IMG/VR virus record: IMGVR_UViG_3300013383_000001
Location: 32,001 to 96,000 of that record
Direction: 5' to 3' (one strand)
DNA from: a virus
Lineage: Duplodnaviria; Caudoviricetes
DNA: 64,000 bases
Part shown: piece by piece, positions 56,869 to 64,000 of the stretch
Layout: every line of letters begins with the position of its first letter
How positions within the stretch are numbered: the stretch's first letter is position 1
The notes under the pieces: model-generated
Told to the model about the DNA's origin: nothing
Database searches by the model: none
What the model saw: the letters and a program-made list of their open reading frames with translations, nothing else
Translations under genes and position numbers: made by a program

Positions 56869-59800
56869 ATGGGAGCATATTGTGAAATGCCTAAAAAATT
56901 CTTTGAAAATGAAGAATCTGTAAAGAATGATAGAGATATTAGTAAAATCACTTCTTAGATACAAGATATTATAGTAAATTCTGAAGAAAAAAATGTAGAC
57001 ACATTAGCTAATTCAATCAAGTCAATATTGTTTGACCAAGATAGTAATGTAAATACTGATACAAATGATAAAAGATTTGATACATCAATGCAAGCCCTAG
57101 GTAAATACCTAGGGTCTGTATTGAGTGAAATGGATATAGATAATTCACTCAAACAATCTTTAATATCACAATTAAAACCAGAAGAATTATCCGCATATCT
57201 TATTGGTAAAGCAATACCTGTAGTCGAATAGGAAGAAACTCCTTATATGGAAGATAATGAGAATATGCAAGGTGAGAAAGAAAGATTGAAAGAAACAAAA
57301 GATTCTATTATTGAATCTTTTTATAGTTATATTACTAACGGCAATGTTTATAGGCAAAGAGAATTTAATCTAGAATTTGTTAATTCTATTTTGACTACTA
57401 AAGGATAGAATGGATTAACTAGAGTAAGAACAACCCGTGATTTAAATATAGCTATAATTAAATTAAAAAATAAATGGTTCAAACTTATCAGTGATTTTGT
57501 AAAAGCTAATTACGAAGGAGATTTCACTGATGTAATGTTTGATAGTAATGGAAATGTTGTATCTAGCCATATATAGGTATTAAATAAGTTTTATAATTTA
57601 GTACAAAAGTATAAAGAAGATGGATCTTTAGAGCTAAAAGTACAAAACGGATGGGCTAATGCAATTAGTTATCAAGATACTGCAAATTCTCAATTCTTTC
57701 ATGTACTAAATGCATACGTTAACTTAGTTTACTTTGATTCTATTATTCAATCACTTGATAATACAGTATCTCTTAAACACTCGTATATGTCAGGAACTGA
57801 GTATAATCTTAATGATGGAAAATATGAATTTGGTAAGAATGAAGCAAACAAACGAAAAGGTTATCAAAATTCTGAACAACGTAATGCCGATAAGGATTTA
57901 GGTGCTTTTCCTAAATTAGTATTAAGCTCAATTCCTATAATTAGTTATGGTAGAGAAACTAGAGAAACTGTATCTCTTTAGTTATTAATGTATGCTTGGA
58001 CCCAGCTTCTAGATGCTCGATTTGATAAACTTCCTGCGGTTATTAAAGAGGCTTTATTAAATGCACACGGTGATCTTAACGAATATCAAAAAATATTTCA
58101 AGAGATAGCAAAGCCTGAAAGGAGGCAAATGTTCAAAGAAGCAGGTGTTTCGCAAAAAGCATACGATGTATTATACTCCGTTGCAAAAAAAGTATATGAT
58201 CAAAATAACCCAGAATCATACTACAATGTTGAAAAGTCTGTAGAAGAAAATGATCCTACTCCGTTAGGTTATTCTTTAGTTGATACTGTTAGTGCTGCTT
58301 TAAATAGATCTAGATCTGTTACATACGGAGAGTATGTTTATAATAGAGAACTTGGAATATACTAGTATAGAACTAAAAGAAAATACGCTTTAAGAAAGGA
58401 TTAGTTTAATATAAAGAATAATATTAATAATTCTATAGTTAGTATTCCAACGTCACAAAGAAAAATTATTAGAGATAAATGGAATTTTAAATAGGCTCTT
58501 TCTGATAGTGACTCAAATGCAAAAACTTGGAGTGGCTTTAAAATTACATTAAGTGATGGAACTGTTTTAACAATAGAAAATCCAAAAGGAGCTACAGTTC
58601 TAGATTCTTCAAGTGGTTCCTTAAGTTTTAATAGTGAAAATAAACCATTACATGAAATATTAACTGAATATTCTAAATATATTGCATTAGATGATTTAGA
58701 CGTACTAAATGCAATTATTAAAGGCACTTCGCTTAATGAGCATCAACGAATGTTTAGAGATATTCTGGAATATGTGGATGACTATTTAGGAACTGATTTT
58801 TTAACCATTGATGGCTTAAATACTATAAAAGTAATGACTGAAACAGATCTTGGGAATACTGTAATCAAGTAGTTACTTACAGCTGCATCCAAGTCACAAA
58901 TAGTTAATGAATTATATTATCAATTTGAATTAGCAGTTCAAGATTAGACATAGGAACAATATCAATCTATATTGGATTTTTATACATTTTTAAGTAAGGA
59001 GTATGTAGGATTTAGCAAAGCTAATTTAACTGATAGTAAATTTATAAAAGAAGTAGGTCGTTTGGAAGATGGTATATTCTAGTTATTTGCAGTAAGATAG
59101 AAAGATTTATGGGTTGATTCCTTTGCAAAGGCAAGAGCTATTGTAAGAGGTGCTGCTTTTAAATCTACTATAAATGACTTATCTAAAAATAAAGTTCCAA
59201 ATACAAGAGTATCTTTCTTAGGAGGAAATATTAGTTATTATATTAATAAGTATAAACGTTAGACAAGAGAAGCTATTAACAAAGAACTTACATATTTTGA
59301 AGGATCTTCTCAATTTACATCTCTACTAAATCTTATTAAAGATTCAAATCGCACACAGAAAACAGTATATGGTATAAATATAGATGATTTAGTTGGATCT
59401 ACTGAATGGGCTAAGGCTTATAACTTAATTGAAAGACTTGCTGAAAAAGATGGAACGTCTAAAACTCAAGCACTTGTTAAATATTTCAATGATAATGGTA
59501 AAGGACATACAGCTCAGATAATGAAAATTGTTGTTGAAGCAATGGAATTAGGAGTTAATGCTACTAATTGGTCATTATCTAAAATATAGATGATGCTTAA
59601 AACTTTAACAGACGAGTACTCAGGAATTGCGTATAATGTAATCGAAACTCTTGAAGGAGGTAAAGAACTTGCTTCTAAGATAAGAGGTGTAAAGGTTGTT
59701 GGATAGTCTTTTAATGGGTAGTTATTATTTGCAAATAATGATATTATAGAAGATTTTGTAGTAAATACTGACTCAAGCAATAGAAACAAGCGTGTAAAAC

Positions 59801-62800
59801 AAGTGAAAAAGATGACTGCCCCTGAGTTATTCTATTCTTCTATATTTGGCAACTTTTATTCTACTTATTATAGAAGTAAACTTGAATCGAATACATCTAC
59901 AAAGAGTAAAAACCCATTAGTAAATACAGTACTTATATAGCCAACTACATATTCTGATAAAGTTACACTTATCCAGTATGCTATAAATGTTAATAAAAAA
60001 CTCAATACTGGAAAATCAATATGGGAATGTAATAGTGATGAATTGATTGATTTATATTTATAGACTATAGGAAATTCCTATAAGAACTTATATAATAAAG
60101 TAATTGATGATTATTCTAAAATTATAGGAAGACCTGTAACAGTTTAGGATATTAATGACTATTTAAATTCTGGTAGAAAAATACATGAAATTGCTAGAGA
60201 ATTTTTTGATGCAGGAATGGAATTTCAAGAAAACACATATTATACTAAGATAAATGGTAAGTATGTATTTAATCCACTGCTTGAATATTATGCTAATGAT
60301 CTTTTCGCAAGCAAAGAAAACTTAGCAAGAAGATTCTAGCAATTAAAAATGGAGTTTGTAAATGAATTGATTAATTCAGGAGTAAACTTCTTTCTTAATG
60401 GAAATTACGAAGGTTCTGAAACTGAAATTGCAAAAATTATAAAAGAATTTGTAGCAGACTCTGCTAATACACAATATTCTGATGAACTAGAATTTAAATC
60501 AGATTGGGTAAGAAATGGAAAACTTATTATTGCTAAATAGAATGGATAGGCAGTAAAATGGGATCTATTAACATCTGTAGAAGGAATTGAACTTAATCCT
60601 TTACTTGAAAAATTCTTTTATACTGAATCGTTATTAGCTAACAATCTTCGTCTTGAATTAACAGGTACTGAAATCGGACATCCTATTAAAGCTAAAGTCA
60701 ATTACAATTAGGAGTTAACTACATTAGGAATAACCACTGATAATGGAGATCCTACTAATCCATTCTTAAATCTTAGAAATAAAAAGGGTAAACCTAAGAT
60801 TATATTTGGTCATCCTGCTATTGGTAAAACATGGGTTAAATAGAATAATCCTAAACTTGGAAATCTTTTCATTGATTGGGATGATGAATTTAACGTAGGA
60901 CGTAATAAATGGATTAAAGAATATATTGAAAAGAATGGTGAGAAATTACCTGGAGAAACTGCAGAAATAAAGAAGTAGAATATTCTGATAAATCCCTATT
61001 AGACTGATAATGATGGAAATTTAATTTATAAAGAATACGTAGACTTCTTAGAAAGTGAATGGACCAGAATAAAGAATAAAGCACAGCGTGAAGGAAAAGT
61101 ATTATTAGTATCTCCTCACTTCTTGTTGAGAAATCATGCAAGTGAGTTTGATGCTATAATAGATATGGATTATAATTAGTTCATCACAAAAGACGTTGAT
61201 AGAGGAAACTCAAAGACTTTAGAAAACGCAAAAGGATGGAAAAAAGGCATAGATGAATCTATTACACACGCTCAAACAGTTAATCCTGAGTTATAGACTT
61301 ATATGATACAGCAAGGAGAAACTTTATTAAGTCTGTTAAATGATGCAGACCAAACAGTTTCTATGGATCATATTAAAGATATAAATTGGTTAAGAGAGCA
61401 TGCTGCTAGTGATCCTAGATTGCAAGCATTGTATTATAAATTAATGCAGCAGTATGAATCTGTTGCTCAAGGTGCTTAGCTTAAACGTAATGTGATTATT
61501 CCTGCTACTCTTTAGTATCTATCTCTTGGTGTTCGACAAGGTGTTAGAAAAAAAGTAAAAGTAGCAGTAATTGAAGATGAACAATCTGAAGCATTTAACT
61601 TCCGTGGAGAAGTTAATTCAGGTCTTGATTCACGAGATGGTTCTGCAGATATAAATATGCTTGAAACTATTGCAGAAAATCAATCTCTGGAGAATCAAGA
61701 AGTAGGATTTGATAGAAAGCCTATATGGCATCATTTTAATCCTAATTTAGGAACTGCATCCTTAGTTAAATTTGCTGCGTTTACTGATACATCTGAACGA
61801 ATGAGACATCTATTGTCTAAATCATCTGCGTATAGAAAATTCAAAAAGATGAATGATAGTATTAAATGGGATGATTCAATAGATTTAGCTCAAAATATTG
61901 AAGATTATGAAACTACATTCTTTAATGATATTCTAAAGAAAGAAGAATTATGCTATATTCAAGATGGAACATATTATAAAATTATAGATTTTGGAAGAGA
62001 TGATTTTGGATATTATACAATAGAATGTAAAACAAATGAATTAGCTGATATTTCTGGAACAAGAAAGAAAGTATATCATAAATTCAATTCAAAAGGAGAG
62101 CACTTAAAGTTTAGATATGATTTTACCAAAGAGGATGGGGATTATGTAACTAATACAGAAGAAAATCTTGAAGAAAAGTTCCAAGGATTGGATGATATAA
62201 ATACATTGTTTAAACTATATAATGTTTTAGGAGGTATTTATACAGTAAATAGATCTACTGATGCAAATGGTGATGTTAAATTTGTTTTTAACAATAAAGC
62301 AGCGTTTGCTACTTCAAACTTTATGAACACAGTCGTTGATGAACATGGAGATTAGGTTCTTAAAGATTGTATGATTAGTTACTTAATTAATAAATCTGCA
62401 TTTAAAAATGGTGCAGCTAATATTAACCCTGAAAGTGCCTGGAGTGATAATTCTAAGTTAATGTATATTGAATTAGACACTGATGGTATTGGTCCTTAGA
62501 TGGATGCAGACCACACCATTGATGAAGCAGAACTTACCGAGTTCTCTCAGGTTATTGCAGCACTTGAAGCAGGAGGAAGACTTCACCACTTGACTAAAAG
62601 AGTTTATAATATACTTGGAAATCTAGCATTGGAAGCATCTAGATTAGAAATAGATGCTGCTGCAAGATATATTTAGGCAAGACAAAAAGGTAATCTAAAC
62701 TTAGAGCAAATTAAAAATTATATATATGATATTGTAGGTAGGGCTATGATAACAAATTATAGACCTATTGAAGGAAGAACAGATCTTTCTCAAAGTATAA

Positions 62801-64000
62801 TGTCTGAGTTGAAAAGAACTTTTAATTTTACAGAAGATCATTCCGATGATGCGTTTTGGTTGCCTTTAAGTGATTCTAATATTTATTAGTAGGCTGTTAT
62901 TGAATTTATATCATAGATTAATAAGAAATCTATTAAACGTAAGTATCCAGGATCTGGATGTGTAATGGTTCCTGGATATAATACAATGATGACTTATAAA
63001 TATGATGGTAAAATCGCTATGTTCTAGGATGTTTTCAATGAAGCTAGAAGCTCTGCATAGTCTTTTGATGAATCTAAAGAGAGCTATCCATCATATCAAA
63101 TAAGAGTAGTACAGGAGTTTTTAAAAGGGAAACAAGAAGCACTATATCAAAATGCTCCTGCAGTAGATACTACGGTGGATACTGAATTAACTTCTGCAAT
63201 ATCTAGATTTATACCTACAGATATTGTAGATATTGTAGATGCAAATAATAATCATATTTGTACAATCACTCTCGATTCAATTTATGATTATTATACTTTT
63301 AAAGGATATAAAAAAGGATAGAATTGGGATAAGAAAACTATCTTTGATTTTATATTACAAAAGAATAGGGAGCAACATCCTGAAAGTACATTAGAAACAC
63401 TCCCCACTAATTTAAAATTTGTAACTAATGTTACGAATCCAAGAAACTTAGCACCTGCTAGAATTACATTCTCTTATACAGACGTAAATGGAAGACAAGT
63501 TGATACAAATGTATTTGACACTGAAGAGGTTCGTAATAGCTTCTTATACGGTCAATCTCCTGAGCGTAGACAATCTATATAGCAAATGTTTGATAACCTG
63601 GATAAGGGACTTTATCACGAACATAAGGTATTTAATTTGCAAAATAAAGCGGCAGAACTTATTGTTTCTAATATGTATGCATCCAAATTTGGAACACAAA
63701 ATGCTTCAATGAAGGAAATATTAGAACAAGGTCCTAGCTACTTTGCTTAGTCTATTCCAAATCTTATTTAGGAATCTAATTATGCTATGGCATTTATAAA
63801 TTTCTCTGGAGAAAATACTTATATTTCTTTCTCTAAACCTCGTGTTAATGATGAGGATGCAAGATCTGTAAAAGAAATTTCTTGGGGAAATACTAAAACT
63901 ATTAATGGAAATGTTTTTTGTACAGATAAAAACGGAACTCCGTTATTTCAAATAGGATATTTATTACAACGTCCTGACTTAGATTTAAATGGTGATGAGA
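56869..64000 (+). CDS. Giant virion RNA polymerase protein, N-terminal part (3'-truncated, >2370 aa)
   Basis: Track ORFs 57028, 57787, 57988, 60349 and 61657 share a frame. KRNVIIPAT, RDGS, QMDADH, TEFSQV and IKRKYPGSGCVMVP resemble crassvirus vRNAP blocks. The catalytic DxDxD motif was not seen in the window, so the call rests on these blocks, size and synteny. Confidence 0.65.

Noticed and set aside
1369-61141. Minus-strand ORFs in the track (e.g. 20004..20531, 21899..22429, 53540..53980)
   Set aside because: They lie opposite well-supported + strand genes, have no recognisable motifs and look like antisense shadows.
8035-63712. Short alternative-frame + strand ORFs (8035, 11613, 17579, 22182, 27862, 34389, 38291, 41763, 63488)
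   Set aside because: They are nested out of frame in longer code-15 genes and have atypical composition.
1-64000. Mass pseudogenisation or sequencing errors as the cause of ORF fragmentation
   Set aside because: The breaks I checked are in-frame TAG with no frameshifts, and TAG aligns with Gln codons in internal repeats.
1-64000. Suppressor tRNA, other tRNAs or a CRISPR array
   Set aside because: Intergenic gaps are short, and I saw no cloverleaf or regularly spaced repeats. A tRNA-CUA may lie elsewhere in the genome.

Overview
This window is 64 kb of an AT-rich crAss-like (Crassvirales) phage genome, covering the late/structural region, with all supported genes on the + strand. The capsid sequence and genetic code suggest the delta group (Suoliviridae), and the promoters point to a Bacteroidota host. 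The ORF track looks shattered because the phage reads TAG as Gln (code 15). Read that way, the fragments join into about 40 tightly packed genes that all end in TAA/TGA. In order: tail fibre/receptor-binding genes and a unimolecular-spanin candidate (1-10.3 kb); a five-gene cassette of unknown function under a host-type promoter, whose first gene is split by a group I intron (10.3-13.8 kb); an amidase endolysin; a scaffold-like gene; the major capsid protein, split by two more group I introns with GIY-YIG-type ORFs; ring/tail and muzzle genes; cargo (ejection) genes; a ~4,000-aa multidomain protein (SF1 helicase, P-loop, nucleotidyltransferase-like); and the start of the giant virion RNA polymerase. 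The strongest leads are three. First, an MCP intron with no P9, a degenerate GIY-YIG ORF (possible maturase) and a competing anti-P7 hairpin. Second, the uncharacterised five-gene cassette, led by a protein built like a membrane-inserting coiled coil. Third, the gene-specific use or avoidance of TAG. Coordinates were read by hand. The long TAG-readthrough genes were frame-checked against the ORF track and spot-checked, not verified codon by codon.
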